Below, piece after piece: positions 9,856-21,156 of a DNA stretch of 64,000 nt (the stretch's first letter is position 1; every line of letters begins with the position of its first letter). The notes beneath the pieces are model-generated. The model was given only the letters and a program-made list of their open reading frames with translations. It did no database searches and was not told the DNA's origin. The DNA comes from Trypanosoma brucei (Eukaryota): NCBI GenBank assembly GCA_000002445.1, contig CH464491.1:1600001-1664000 (forward strand). The letters run 5' to 3'. Position numbers and translations under genes: made by a program.

Positions 9856-12800
9856 ATGTTTGAGAGTCTGTACGAACTCTTTTCGACGTCTCCAGGTAGA
9901 ACACCCTCCAATGTAGTTTGCAACAATGAGATGCCACCAGCGTTAATTGTGGTCATGCTTAAAGCTGATGAGCAGCGGTCACACACTTCACAGTCGGAGG
10001 GAGAGGGACGGAGGTTGTTGAACGGTTTGATGGCCGCCTACCCATCGTCCAATTACATGTTTGTTATCGATGCTGCAGAAAGTACTTCGGAGGTGTTTGC
10101 AGCGGTAACTGGAGAGTACAACTTGCTTCGTGAACTTTCTCCAAAATTCTGCTACGTGGTGTTTGCGGCACTTCGGGACCCCGAAGTGGTTGTTCCTTGC
10201 ACCAGCGTGTTTAACCCGGCGTGGGTCGGTGAGTTGCGTCGGATGTTGGATGGTTTACGTAACCCTCGTCACATGGTGGCAGAGTTACTGCTGCGTAAGG
10301 AATTGTGCATGCAGTTGGAGGGGCTTCTTCGGTTTACGGCGGAATGTCGATGGATAGGCGATGAATCGCTTTCTGCAAAACTTTCACGCCTGGTGGATTC
10401 CCGTGTCACTGATTTGAGCAGTAGTAAGAATTACTCCATGCCTTCCTGCGGAGGGCTGCAGGTTAGCTGTATTTCCATGCTCAAGGAAGATGAAGAAGCG
10501 GGTTCCCCTCCGCTAGTCCTCCAAACCGGGATTCGCATACGAGGCGTTGTACCCGACTTAACTAGGTCGTTAAGACTGTCAGACTGCAATGAACAAGAAT
10601 ATAGTCCCCCACTACTGCTCGTCGTTCTGCACGCAGGGGAATCTATTAGGGAAAATATCGTGGATGGCAGCGTTGGGCGGGATTCGTCGGTGCAGGAATT
10701 GGATTGCTTGTTACAGCAGTTAAGTTCTAGTGATGAAGTTTTTGTGTCGCTTGGTGGCTATGTGGTCGTTCCCCTATGCTCTGCCGCCGCGGCGAGGAAG
10801 CAGTGGCTCGATACAAAAGAGGTTCTGACAAGAAGGGTAACGTATGATGGTGCTGACTCCCATGCTCTAATTCGGGAAATGTTGACTCAGGCACTTCTCC
10901 CTTTGAGGAAATGGCACAGAAAGCATCACACTCCTGCGGAAGATGAAAAATCAAGTTCCCCAAGGAGCAGGGTAGCAATATTGTTTTACACACCTCAAGA
11001 ACCGTGTTCTGTGCACCAGTGTGTGCATTCGATTGTTCGTGAACAACTCGCTTTCCTTCAGGTGCCACTATTTTGTATCACAACTCCGGTTGGCGTTGAT
11101 ACCGCTTACAAACTACTAGATATCAGCAGTACGAGTGGTGAGCGTTGTATTTGCACCCTTGAAGCAAGTTGCACCGCCAATGTCAACCACGATAGCGAGT
11201 GTGGTGGTAAGGGTCAAGCGTGTTACGGGGTGCTGGGATCATCCACAGGTGAGCGAGTCGCCCAGGCGGCACTAACAGCAATTCGTAGCGTCACTCACCT
11301 TGGTGTTTCTGTCACCGTGCATTCTATCGACAACTCAAAAGAAGACACACGCTTCGAAGTTGGTGACCTACGCCAGGGTTTGGACACCACGGTGCTTATC
11401 TCTCGACCGGTGCAGAACCCGGATCGGGGGGCGTCTGCGAAGCACCAACTTACAATATTAGCTTATTCTGTTGATAAGAGCAGGTATGACATTGTACGTT
11501 TCATGCCTTCAGAAACTGTGAAAGAGGTGCCTTCCTCTGAGCACTCATGGTGGAGCCAGCTTCAAATTGCCGGGAGGTTGCTGAAATCCATGCCTTCCAA
11601 AGCACCCCCAAGTGTCTCACAGCTTGGAAACACTTTGATGCAACATTCTGAGGAGGTGCCATCTCTTGGGGGACTGGCCGAACAACAGCACAAGCTGGTC
11701 GAGTGGCTTCTCTCCAACTACGGTACACAAGAACTGGAGGGCACACCTTATACATTGGTGATTGGATGGTGCCCGTCCCCTTATATGGGCAACGGAAGCA
11801 CCGAAGAGGAGGACGGGTGGCCAACTAGTAGTGGGTACCTTTCAGCGTCTCCATGCATAGCGGACCCTTTGGTAGAGCTTCGGTGGACAAACTTTCCCTT
11901 CTGCGACGGCGCGCCGGTAACGACAATATCAGCGATCATAAGTCGAACGTTTCCCTTTGAGGCACTTGTGGAGAGTACTGCTTCCAACTCGCTCGCGCTT
12001 GAAACGCTGAGAAACGACTCTGCCGAAATCCGTCTCGCGTCCATGAAACACATCCCTGAACTGAGGGAGGCGCGGGCGCGCATCGTTGCATTTCTTAGCG
12101 TGGATACGTCGACTGGTGCCATGTCGCTACAACAGCTTGTGCCAGCGAAGACGGAAGACGATGTCAAAGGTGGTATGTTGCACACCTTTAGGTCACTTCG
12201 GTTACATCAAATGTACTGTGTGGTGCACCTCGCACTGCGATGTTCGCTTGACTCGTCGTTCTTCATGCAAAATGATGTTATCATTGCAGATGGTATTACA
12301 TTTATAACCCCAAGAGCAAGCGTACACGATGTAAGAGTTACTACCGTAACTCACTGCAGGGCAGATGTGGAGTGGAAGGGGACAGCAACATCTGTGAGAA
12401 TAGAATGTAAACCCATGAAATGGATCTCAACTCAAAAAAATAGTGAGCGGTCACCCGGCGGAATATCCGATGTAACAGATAGTGAAGTGGTTGGAGCAGA
12501 CGGTGCCACCACAATTGTAGAGTACTCTTGCGACGGGTTCCAAGCCGCGGTCGCGGGGCTACAACCCTTCACGCTATATCACCTGCGTGTGACGCCCATT
12601 GGGGATTCAACCCACGGTGCGATGATTAGGGAGAAACTGGAGGAAGGGGAAGCGTACTTTGCTACGTGTGTAGATGCAGGCGTCATCGATACCCTTAGCG
12701 TAGAATCCATCGTGCCAGATAGTGAGACACTGAAACTAACAGTTGCTCATCCCGTCCTTTGCAAAACAGCCGCCATTAGTCGCACACGCTCACTGGTACT

Positions 12801-15800
12801 CACAATAACTCCCACCATGTCAATGAGCAACTCTCTGGACAAAGAAAAGCCACTTCAAATGAGACGTAGGAAATTTTCTGAGGGCGAAAGCGTGGTGACA
12901 ACATTTACCTTACAGAAAGTGGAACGTGTACAAGTTTGCATTGAGTTCAACATGAAGTTGTGTTTCGGGCATGTTTACCTGGAAGAAACATCTAGTACCT
13001 GTAGTCACACGTGTGGTAGTGATGATAATGATGCGCAGTACATAGACGACAGTGGACAAGTGCGCGGCGTATGTGTGTGGTTTGCTAGGGGTGTGTCACC
13101 ATGGACAAAGGAGGTTGCGCTGTGTGGTAATAGCTCCCCCAGGTCGTTAAGTGCACCTCCCATGTGCTCATCGCCGACGCAACTTTTGGATGGCTACCGC
13201 ATCAGTCGTTCCGACACGCCGTTTGCTGAGATGCGTAGTGATTTCAAAGCTTCAAACGATCTTAAGGAACACTCCACAGAGGAGAATGTGGTGGTTACGG
13301 AAGGGAAGGAAGGATGTGGAGAAATGGAGTGGAGCGAGTCAAGTATTGTTTCAGTATCTCACGAAAAACGGTTATCAAAATATGTAGTGGATGACAGTGA
13401 CCCCAGCACCACCGGTGAAGCGACAAGGTCGTTGTATTGTGTCTTTTCGAAAGATCCCACATTCAGAGGAGTGCGTTTTTTAACGGACATGAGTTCTCAG
13501 GTGCTGTTAGCCAGTTTTGCTGTGGGTGGTAACAGTAGCGGATACATCTCGGCTGTGATCATGCCCCTAAATGTTTCAGTCGATAATCTTGACGGTGACA
13601 ACACCTCATTAAAAGTGAGTTACGCGCACGTTGATCGTGAGCGGCCGGTGACGGTAAAACTTGTTCAGCACCTCGAGCAACGGTACCAACGTGTCGGAAG
13701 AAAAACCATGCACTTATATGCTGTAACCGACGTTTGTTGCCGTAGCCGTGAGGAAGTGCTTGGGGTGAACGGTGTTAAAACTAAGAAAATGTTGCTTTCA
13801 TGGACCTGTGGCGCCCAACAGGAGGGGTCTTCTCTCTTCGTGCTTATAGGCAGCAAGAGATACAAACCGAAACCAAACAATACATTATTGATAGATTGCA
13901 ACGACACGCTCGTTGCAGCTCCTGTGTGCTTCTGTGGTTCTAACATCATCAAAGAAACATGTTCCATATACTTGGTTCCGCCACCTCCACCTTTATCGTC
14001 GCAATACTGCACAGTGAGGGCCGTAAAAGATGAAGCTTTGCATATTTTTATCACCGAGAAGTATTGCGTTCTATTGTATCGATGCCTTGCTTGTGTGAGT
14101 GATTTAATAATGGTGTTACTTCATGTGGGTGGTGACAACGCCACCGAACTTCCCTGTTCACAACAAAAATTGAGTGGTGGGGAAACGGGAGTACATCTGC
14201 AGGTACCGTTGGATGCAGTGGATCCGGAAAAAAACACAGTTGAGCTATGCGTCGAAGTTCGAGTTAGAAATTCTGCTTGTTGTATTGGGGACAACCCTTT
14301 AGTCTCGGATTGGAGGGATCGCACTGGTTTCGGCGGGAGTGGTAGCTCAAGTAGTTTGATCAGTACTAACATTTTGAAGGGGCGTCGTCAGCAACCTATT
14401 CTACTCATCCCGTGGAGCACCTCTGAATCTTTTGATGTACCTGTAGCATCCAGCACCTTGATCAAAAACCTTCAGGTGACCGAGCTCCACTCTACAAGAG
14501 CCAAATTATCGTGGACAACAGTTCCTTACAAGGAGACAGCGGACGAAAAACTTGGTGTGTTTTTGACGGTACAGTGTGCAGCGGCGGAGGGACATGTTAA
14601 GAAATACAAAGAATACGTCGTTTGCTCTGCACGATCTTTCCTTTTGCGCGGTCTCCTTCCTGCAACGCCATACCATGTCGAGTTGTCCCTGGACGGTGGA
14701 TGCCCACCCGGTCGTGTTGTATTTGTTACACCGCAGGATATGGAAGATAATGTGCTGCGCAAATTGATACCGTCAATTACGGCGGTGTGGGCATCACGAA
14801 GAGGAAGAAACTGGCAACACGTCATGAGGGCAGCTTGCGGGGGCACGGATGACGCGGAACAGCAGCGTTTCGTGCGTCTTCAATTGGATATTCCAAATGT
14901 GGAAAGCAAACACTGGACCGTATCCCCAAGTTCTGCACAAATTATAAAGGAGGAAATTAGCGGCTGTGGCACCTTGCGACTTGCAGTGACTGCCAAAGTC
15001 CAGGTACTACTTGTGGCCAAGTCGGGGAAGTTGCTGCAAATGTGGAGTACTGTAAGCGGGACCCAGAGCCAAACAGTGTCTTTTGCTTTTCCGATTTGTG
15101 GGGGAAATCCGGCTGCGAGTTGGCCTCATATTGAACTGAGAATGGACTCGTTTGCACAGTTTAGCCCAGCGGCAACGGAGGACGAAACAGGTGATGAAGT
15201 ATCCCCAAGCGTTGACCAAGACTCTTGGTCATTTAGTGAAAAAGACAAAATAAGTGACCTAAGAGCAGGCCACTTGGTTAGCCGGAAGCACCTCGGCGAT
15301 AGAACCAACTGTCCCTTTGCCAACAGCCATGTCACTGTGCACCTTGTTGGATGCCCTCAATTGATTAAGGTGGACGAAAACTGCTGTGTAGTTGAGTGGA
15401 GTGGTTCTTGTTCGGGTTACGCGATTCATTGGCGAGTTGGACCCTCGGGTGTCGTTAATACGGAACACATTGAGGCAGAGCGCAAACAAAAACCGAGCAT
15501 AACGGTTGATGTTTCAGCGTTGGATACGGTTGTGCTCCTTTTCTCTCTGCATGGGGCAGATTGTGCCTCCAACTGTGTACTCTTCGCTGTATTAGTCCCT
15601 CCAAAAGTCAGCAAGCAGATTGGCTGTTGTTGCGAAACGACACGAGGACTGTCCGTACCAACGTCACCTCGATGTTCCAACAAAGGATTGATAAAGGTGG
15701 ATTACACACGTGGGGGTCAACCCGGTTCTACCTTAACCGACGGTGAGTCTTTGGGACAGAACGGTGTAAGTGGTGTTAGCAGTGGACTTTGTTGCACTGC

Positions 15801-15948
15801 ATCCGTTGTTGATACCTCTAGTCTTGAGTGGCGGGAGGGCTTCAAGGGGTTGCTGAAGGATGAGGTTTGCTGCATGCTACTCCCGTTTCCTATGGAAGTC
15901 GTGTGGTTGAATCCTGTCGTGACAGCCTTCTACTCCCGTAGGACCTAA
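9856..15948 (+). CDS. Large hypothetical protein (2030 aa) with possible fibronectin-III-like beta modules
   Basis: Uninterrupted 6.1-kb + ORF with an ATG start. Segments such as LQVTELHSTRAKLSWTTVPYKE and TTVTHCRADVEWKGTATSVRIECKPM resemble FN3/Ig-like strand patterns. No catalytic motif recognised. Confidence 0.6.
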   Translation: MFESLYELFSTSPGRTPSNVVCNNEMPPALIVVMLKADEQRSHTSQSEGEGRRLLNGLMAAYPSSNYMFVIDAAESTSEVFAAVTGEYNLLRELSPKFCYVVFAALRDPEVVVPCTSVFNPAWVGELRRMLDGLRNPRHMVAELLLRKELCMQLEGLLRFTAECRWIGDESLSAKLSRLVDSRVTDLSSSKNYSMPSCGGLQVSCISMLKEDEEAGSPPLVLQTGIRIRGVVPDLTRSLRLSDCNEQEYSPPLLLVVLHAGESIRENIVDGSVGRDSSVQELDCLLQQLSSSDEVFVSLGGYVVVPLCSAAAARKQWLDTKEVLTRRVTYDGADSHALIREMLTQALLPLRKWHRKHHTPAEDEKSSSPRSRVAILFYTPQEPCSVHQCVHSIVREQLAFLQVPLFCITTPVGVDTAYKLLDISSTSGERCICTLEASCTANVNHDSECGGKGQACYGVLGSSTGERVAQAALTAIRSVTHLGVSVTVHSIDNSKEDTRFEVGDLRQGLDTTVLISRPVQNPDRGASAKHQLTILAYSVDKSRYDIVRFMPSETVKEVPSSEHSWWSQLQIAGRLLKSMPSKAPPSVSQLGNTLMQHSEEVPSLGGLAEQQHKLVEWLLSNYGTQELEGTPYTLVIGWCPSPYMGNGSTEEEDGWPTSSGYLSASPCIADPLVELRWTNFPFCDGAPVTTISAIISRTFPFEALVESTASNSLALETLRNDSAEIRLASMKHIPELREARARIVAFLSVDTSTGAMSLQQLVPAKTEDDVKGGMLHTFRSLRLHQMYCVVHLALRCSLDSSFFMQNDVIIADGITFITPRASVHDVRVTTVTHCRADVEWKGTATSVRIECKPMKWISTQKNSERSPGGISDVTDSEVVGADGATTIVEYSCDGFQAAVAGLQPFTLYHLRVTPIGDSTHGAMIREKLEEGEAYFATCVDAGVIDTLSVESIVPDSETLKLTVAHPVLCKTAAISRTRSLVLTITPTMSMSNSLDKEKPLQMRRRKFSEGESVVTTFTLQKVERVQVCIEFNMKLCFGHVYLEETSSTCSHTCGSDDNDAQYIDDSGQVRGVCVWFARGVSPWTKEVALCGNSSPRSLSAPPMCSSPTQLLDGYRISRSDTPFAEMRSDFKASNDLKEHSTEENVVVTEGKEGCGEMEWSESSIVSVSHEKRLSKYVVDDSDPSTTGEATRSLYCVFSKDPTFRGVRFLTDMSSQVLLASFAVGGNSSGYISAVIMPLNVSVDNLDGDNTSLKVSYAHVDRERPVTVKLVQHLEQRYQRVGRKTMHLYAVTDVCCRSREEVLGVNGVKTKKMLLSWTCGAQQEGSSLFVLIGSKRYKPKPNNTLLIDCNDTLVAAPVCFCGSNIIKETCSIYLVPPPPPLSSQYCTVRAVKDEALHIFITEKYCVLLYRCLACVSDLIMVLLHVGGDNATELPCSQQKLSGGETGVHLQVPLDAVDPEKNTVELCVEVRVRNSACCIGDNPLVSDWRDRTGFGGSGSSSSLISTNILKGRRQQPILLIPWSTSESFDVPVASSTLIKNLQVTELHSTRAKLSWTTVPYKETADEKLGVFLTVQCAAAEGHVKKYKEYVVCSARSFLLRGLLPATPYHVELSLDGGCPPGRVVFVTPQDMEDNVLRKLIPSITAVWASRRGRNWQHVMRAACGGTDDAEQQRFVRLQLDIPNVESKHWTVSPSSAQIIKEEISGCGTLRLAVTAKVQVLLVAKSGKLLQMWSTVSGTQSQTVSFAFPICGGNPAASWPHIELRMDSFAQFSPAATEDETGDEVSPSVDQDSWSFSEKDKISDLRAGHLVSRKHLGDRTNCPFANSHVTVHLVGCPQLIKVDENCCVVEWSGSCSGYAIHWRVGPSGVVNTEHIEAERKQKPSITVDVSALDTVVLLFSLHGADCASNCVLFAVLVPPKVSKQIGCCCETTRGLSVPTSPRCSNKGLIKVDYTRGGQPGSTLTDGESLGQNGVSGVSSGLCCTASVVDTSSLEWREGFKGLLKDEVCCMLLPFPMEVVWLNPVVTAFYSRRT

Positions 15949-16419
15949 TCTGTTGAGCATTTCTCCGTATCTTAACCAACGTGCAAGCAGGAACGACATT
16001 CTTAGACGCGTGAAAACTGACCTGATTTATTTTTCCCGTTTCTATTTCTTGTAGGGGTGGTGGAGGGCATCGTTGCACGTCACACATTATTTCACGTGTG
16101 TGGGCAATGTAACTTTGTTCCTCCGCATAGCTTATGTTTTGCTCAATGACCTAATTACGTACGTTTCCTCATTTGCACCTTTCCAACATTATTTTCTTAC
16201 GCGTTGTTATTTTTGCCGTTTCCACTGACTTCTCGGGTCTTGTGGAATTATTTTATTGATTTTGTTCGGGTTTGGGGGACATCTTTTGTGAATGTTCATG
16301 ATCCAAAGGTGCCTAACACATTTCCTATTCACTCTCCTCTATTTTTAGGGATGTTCTAACACCCCTTCCACACCAATGCGCATAGGAAACATATTTGTGT
16401 ACGTATAATTAGTCGCGAC

Positions 16420-16506
16420 TCTTTTTTTTTTTTTACTTGTCTCATTTTCCCTGTTCGCTAGCTCTCACCGCTTAGTTTCGTTGTCATCTCTTTTCCTTCG
16501 CTATAT
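16420..16506 (+). promoter_or_regulatory. Poly-pyrimidine tract upstream of the mtRNAP gene (candidate trans-splice/polyadenylation signal region)
   Basis: tcgcgactctttttttttttttacttgtctcattttccctgttcgctagctctcaccgcttagtttcgttgtcatctcttttccttcgc is strongly C/T rich on the + strand. Confidence 0.4.
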
Positions 16507-16512
16507 TTGTGT

Positions 16513-19500
16513 ATGTGTATGACAGTTGTGCATGACGATCCTATTACTTGTTGCCATCTTTACTCCGCTTCCACCCCTGTTCCTTTTATTGCTTCAATGG
16601 CTAATGCTAAAGAATTAAATTTTGTTTGGCACCGCCAGGTAATGCGGCGGTTGAGTCTGGCACCGATAAAGTGGTCGGCCATTGCGCAGCGGTGGGGCAC
16701 ACGTGGCACTGACGTTCCTAGCCGTGCCAAAGGAGCAATAAAATCCCCAAAGTCGAGGAAGTCACGCCTTCCGTACGTGGAGGTGGGGGAGCGGACCGAT
16801 CGAATGAAGGAGTTCGTAAGCAGTGGTACGGATGACAACAGTGGTGATAGTGACAACAACCATAACAGCGTTAAGAGTATAAACAATACCGACTGCAGGA
16901 ACAAGGGCACAGATGGCGGTGGAGAAATTGATATGGACACCGTAGCAGGAACTGACGCCTTCACGCCAACTGTAGATATGGAAGAAGGCTATGGAGCTCC
17001 TGTTATGGCAACAACGGGCAGCACATCCAGTGAGAGTGTGCTCTCTGTTATTGATGTGTTGTGCGACGACCTCTTCTCCTGCAAAACTGACGTGCTGAAA
17101 TCATTCGCACGTACACGCTCGGTATCTGGATCAACAAAGTCAGAACTCGTCATGAATCTTATTGACCTCGCTAATCGTGAGGCTCACGGAGAAAGTCAGG
17201 ATCTCAGTATCACGAAACGAGTGCTAGGGGATGTCTTCAACGAAGAAGTGCGTGTGAGTGGCGTGCGCTCGCAATGGACCAACAAATCACTTGAGGCCTC
17301 CCATATTGAGATGGCGTGTGATAACCATCTGAAGTTTGAAGCAATGAGTTACACACAAAAGACACTTATGGTGCGTCGAAACGCCTCAGAATCATCGCGG
17401 GTTCTACGTAAGCTCATACGTCCCTTTCAGCAGGACTACAACCGAGTAGCCGAAGCGGCTGTGGGCGGGGTTTTTCGTAACTTCAAGGCGGAAGCTGATC
17501 AGTTGGTTAACTCTATGATGGCGTCGGAAATAGTCACTCCTTTCTCCTCTTTCCTTGTCTCCTACGTGCGTTTTGCGACGTCAGGGAACCTGCTGACGCG
17601 GACAAACGTGATTGAGCGTTTGGAGCAACTGGAACTTGTGCAGATCGCAATGGATGAGGACAGTGACGCGGTACTACAGCGCCTTATGGCCCTTCTTGAT
17701 GACGTTGTAGCGGAGGTGGAGCGGCGGGCACTTTGCTTCGGCGGAAAGCGCACATCATGGGGAACAGAAACACCTGAAGTGCTGCGTTGTTCCATCCAAG
17801 CCTTTAGTGACAGCACCGCTCAGCAGCATGAAGATCTCGGTGAGCGTGTCCCAGCGTGGGTGCACGATTTGGTCCGAATGTTCAATAACTGGGAAGCCAT
17901 TGTACGAACGGATATCCCTGTCCTGGAGGACGTACCGCGTTACGTGTTTGATTGCATCCTCAGCGGGGTAGTTTGCTATCACTTGCTTCAGAAGATATAC
18001 GGTGATATTATTTCTCCCACCGATGTTCCGCCCACAGTACGGGGGGCGGTGAAGCGCGCCATGGAGGCGCATTTCAAAGATGAGGAAAAAGCTGGTCACG
18101 CACTAGCAAAATTATTTGCTTATGTGCAGGCACCCGGTGACTCCGGTGTTGTAAAAGCGGAGTTCTTTCCCGCAGTTCTTTCCCAAATGCAGGGTGCCTT
18201 TCATGATGTTGGGCAAAGCACACTTCACAATGTCCGCACGGCAATTGTATTGCGGGAAATATGTGCTACGGTATCCCGGTGCACCCGCACTTGCGGACTT
18301 TTTCACATGCTGGTTAAACTCACAGAGGACTTGAGGTTTCAGTTCCGTTTCAGCACAATATTTAAGAAGCTTAACGGAAGAGATCGCACGACAATTCGTA
18401 CCAAATATAGTATTAACATGGTGAAGACGTTAGAGTATTTTGAGCAAGAGTACGCCGTGACGCCTACCTCCACGAAGGCAGTTGGATTTATTGTTATATT
18501 ACTGTTGCACATGTCCATGTGTAGTGGAGCTGCTTCAGGACACGGTACCAAAGCTGTGCTCGAACGCTATATTAGTGTCACCAACAAGGAGGAGTTTAGC
18601 ATAATTTCAATCTCGGACCTGGAGGCGACGCATGTCCGAGACTTGCGCGTTGCCTTCCCTCCGCAGCTTTCCTATAACTCATGGCTTCACCAGTCGGATA
18701 CGAAGGATAAATCCGTTTATAACGTGCTTCCTTCAGTTGCGGTGAAAGGGTCAACAAATCAAGCTATGATTATCTCACAGGCGCCGATGATGAAGGCTTT
18801 AGATGCGATATCACGTGTGCCCTGGCGAATTAGCAAATATATGCTCCACGTGCAGGAAGCCATTGTTCGTGAAGGCTACGGTTTTGGAAAGATACGACCA
18901 GCATTTTATCCATTGCATTACTGTGCGAAGAGCCGTGGTGACATTTCCTATGAATCAACAGGGATGGATGACGACGACGATAAAACTGAGGTGTACAACC
19001 TTCAGCAACGTCGTGAGTACGAACTTCAGCAAGATGAAGACTGGAAAAACCTTTCAGAGTTGCGCAGTAACCGCATTCACTATCTCCAAGCCCTTCGTCA
19101 AGCGCGCTCGCTAGTTCAGTTTTCGCACATTTACTTTCCCAACAGTATGGACTTTCGTGGTCGTATGTACCCACTTCCCGGTCGGTTGAACCACACGGGT
19201 TCCGACCCATTCCGTGCGTTGCTTGAGTATGCGGAACCGAAACCTCTGGGGAAGGAGGGTCTCTACTGGTTGAAGGTCCACTTAGCCAACAAGATGGGAA
19301 TGAGCAAGCTGTCATTTGATGAACGTGTACATTATGTCAACGAGCATATCGATGATGTTGTGTGCAGCGCTGAGCAACCATTGTACGGTGATAAATGGTG
19401 GCAAGAGGCGGCGGAACCCATGCAGTGCCTAATGGCATGCAAAGAGCTGGCTGATGCACTTAAATGCTCGCAGGGGCCGGAGAACTTTTTATCGCGTATT

Positions 19501-20466
19501 CCTGTCGCCGTTGACGGTAGTTATAACGGTCTGCAGCATTATTCGGCCATTGGTCGGGATGCATTTGGTGCAACGCTGGTAAACTTGGTTCCAAGCGAGC
19601 GGCCGGCCGATGCGTACACAGGTATCTTAAAAGAGATGATGTCTTCAATCAAAGCAGATGCGGAACGCGACCATCCAGTGGCTCAGCGGTGTCTTGGGAC
19701 AGGTAAAGGGCAAGACCGTGATCATATCAAACGCAAAACGATTAAGCGACCCATTATGACTCAAGTGTATGGCGTAACAGGATACGGCATGTCTGAGCAG
19801 ATACTGGATGAGTTGGTAAAACAGAATAAAAACCACGGGCTTTGGACGTCGACTGACATGCGGGAGATGGCGGATTATCTCCGCGAGAAGGTGCTGGAAT
19901 CACTTGGTATTACGTTTCGCGAGACGCAAAACTGCCGACGCTGGATTACCGACGTGACGAATATAATTTGGGAAGTGCAACCCGCTGAGCTTCGTACCGC
20001 CCTCTGCTGGACGACACCTCTCGGACTTGTCGTGCGGCAACCATATAAGATGCGCAAGGAGATGATGATATTTACAGTACATGGTTGCGCACGTGTGCCT
20101 GCCAACGCATTTTCAGCAGCTAGCCGAAAACAGCTTACAGCTATCGCACCCAACCTTATTCACTCACTAGATGCCTCCCACCTCGCCATGACGGCAATAG
20201 AAATGCAAAACCTTGGTCTTTCTATGATGGCGGTGCATGACAGTTATTGGACGTACGCCTGTGACCTTCCAACTTTGAGCCGAGTACTTAGAGAACAGTT
20301 TGTTACCCTTTACGGTAAGTACGATCCACTGTGGGAGCTAAAGGAGCAATGGGAAGAAGCGTACTTCATGGACCTCCGTCGCCACGGTAAGGTCCTTCCG
20401 GATCCTCCGAAACGCGGGGATTTGGATCTTAACGTTGTCCTAAACTCCCCATATTTTTTCTCTTAG
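16513..20466 (+). CDS. mtRNAP: Single-subunit T7-phage-like RNA polymerase (mitochondrial RNA polymerase)
   Basis: Three conserved motifs: motif A-like DGSYNGLQHYSAIGRD (nt about 19513-19560), motif B-like RKTIKRPIMTQVYGVTGYG (nt about 19727-19790) and motif C MAVHDSYWT (nt about 20231-20257). These are the hallmark T7 RNAP palm and fingers motifs (T7 DGSCSGIQH / RxxxKxxxMTxxYG / HDSF). Length of about 1300 aa. Start could be ATG 16513, 16519 or 16597 (MANAKELNF...). Confidence 0.85.
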   Translation: MCMTVVHDDPITCCHLYSASTPVPFIASMANAKELNFVWHRQVMRRLSLAPIKWSAIAQRWGTRGTDVPSRAKGAIKSPKSRKSRLPYVEVGERTDRMKEFVSSGTDDNSGDSDNNHNSVKSINNTDCRNKGTDGGGEIDMDTVAGTDAFTPTVDMEEGYGAPVMATTGSTSSESVLSVIDVLCDDLFSCKTDVLKSFARTRSVSGSTKSELVMNLIDLANREAHGESQDLSITKRVLGDVFNEEVRVSGVRSQWTNKSLEASHIEMACDNHLKFEAMSYTQKTLMVRRNASESSRVLRKLIRPFQQDYNRVAEAAVGGVFRNFKAEADQLVNSMMASEIVTPFSSFLVSYVRFATSGNLLTRTNVIERLEQLELVQIAMDEDSDAVLQRLMALLDDVVAEVERRALCFGGKRTSWGTETPEVLRCSIQAFSDSTAQQHEDLGERVPAWVHDLVRMFNNWEAIVRTDIPVLEDVPRYVFDCILSGVVCYHLLQKIYGDIISPTDVPPTVRGAVKRAMEAHFKDEEKAGHALAKLFAYVQAPGDSGVVKAEFFPAVLSQMQGAFHDVGQSTLHNVRTAIVLREICATVSRCTRTCGLFHMLVKLTEDLRFQFRFSTIFKKLNGRDRTTIRTKYSINMVKTLEYFEQEYAVTPTSTKAVGFIVILLLHMSMCSGAASGHGTKAVLERYISVTNKEEFSIISISDLEATHVRDLRVAFPPQLSYNSWLHQSDTKDKSVYNVLPSVAVKGSTNQAMIISQAPMMKALDAISRVPWRISKYMLHVQEAIVREGYGFGKIRPAFYPLHYCAKSRGDISYESTGMDDDDDKTEVYNLQQRREYELQQDEDWKNLSELRSNRIHYLQALRQARSLVQFSHIYFPNSMDFRGRMYPLPGRLNHTGSDPFRALLEYAEPKPLGKEGLYWLKVHLANKMGMSKLSFDERVHYVNEHIDDVVCSAEQPLYGDKWWQEAAEPMQCLMACKELADALKCSQGPENFLSRIPVAVDGSYNGLQHYSAIGRDAFGATLVNLVPSERPADAYTGILKEMMSSIKADAERDHPVAQRCLGTGKGQDRDHIKRKTIKRPIMTQVYGVTGYGMSEQILDELVKQNKNHGLWTSTDMREMADYLREKVLESLGITFRETQNCRRWITDVTNIIWEVQPAELRTALCWTTPLGLVVRQPYKMRKEMMIFTVHGCARVPANAFSAASRKQLTAIAPNLIHSLDASHLAMTAIEMQNLGLSMMAVHDSYWTYACDLPTLSRVLREQFVTLYGKYDPLWELKEQWEEAYFMDLRRHGKVLPDPPKRGDLDLNVVLNSPYFFS

Positions 20467-21156
20467 TGACGGCTGAATGATAGCACATGCAGTGAGCATC
20501 TACCATACGTGCTTCCAAATCTCATCATGCTTCCCTTTTATTCGTGTGTTTCAGATGTGACCCTTTCGTGTGGCAAATAATGCCCCTTTCCCCCTTTTCT
20601 CACCTTATCTTTCAACTTCGATATTAGAAACTCGCAGATTACAAAGTGTGTCACCAGGACCCTGCGAAGCGCTCCTCAGCCCTTCTGGATGTGCATATAA
20701 TGAGGCAATGCCGGCATTTACTATGATTATCGTGGGATGTCGATGAAGGCTTTTCCCTGTCGATGGTAAAAATATGCAATAACAAAGTGGGAGTGCGATA
20801 CTGCTTAAAACAGATGTTGTATTCACGCGTACGCCGTTGGCACTTCATGATATGTTTCAAATGCTGCTGATTCACGTTAACTCGCATTGATTTAATTCTT
20901 CCCTTTTCTTTTTTAGGGGAGTTGTACAGCTAATAAATTACGTCTGTTTGTACAGTAGCGTAGCTGTATGACCCGCCTTCGTGCTATGTTGTGCTCTTGT
21001 GTATATATGTTTTTGTTTTTGGTATTTTTGGTGTTTGTTCGTTGGTGTGTTTGCCACAGAAGCACAAGGTTGCATTTGTTTCCACAATCCAATTTACTCT
21101 ACATTTCCGGCCCTTAACTCTGCGCCTCTAGTGTAAAGGGGTCGACAGACGTTGCG

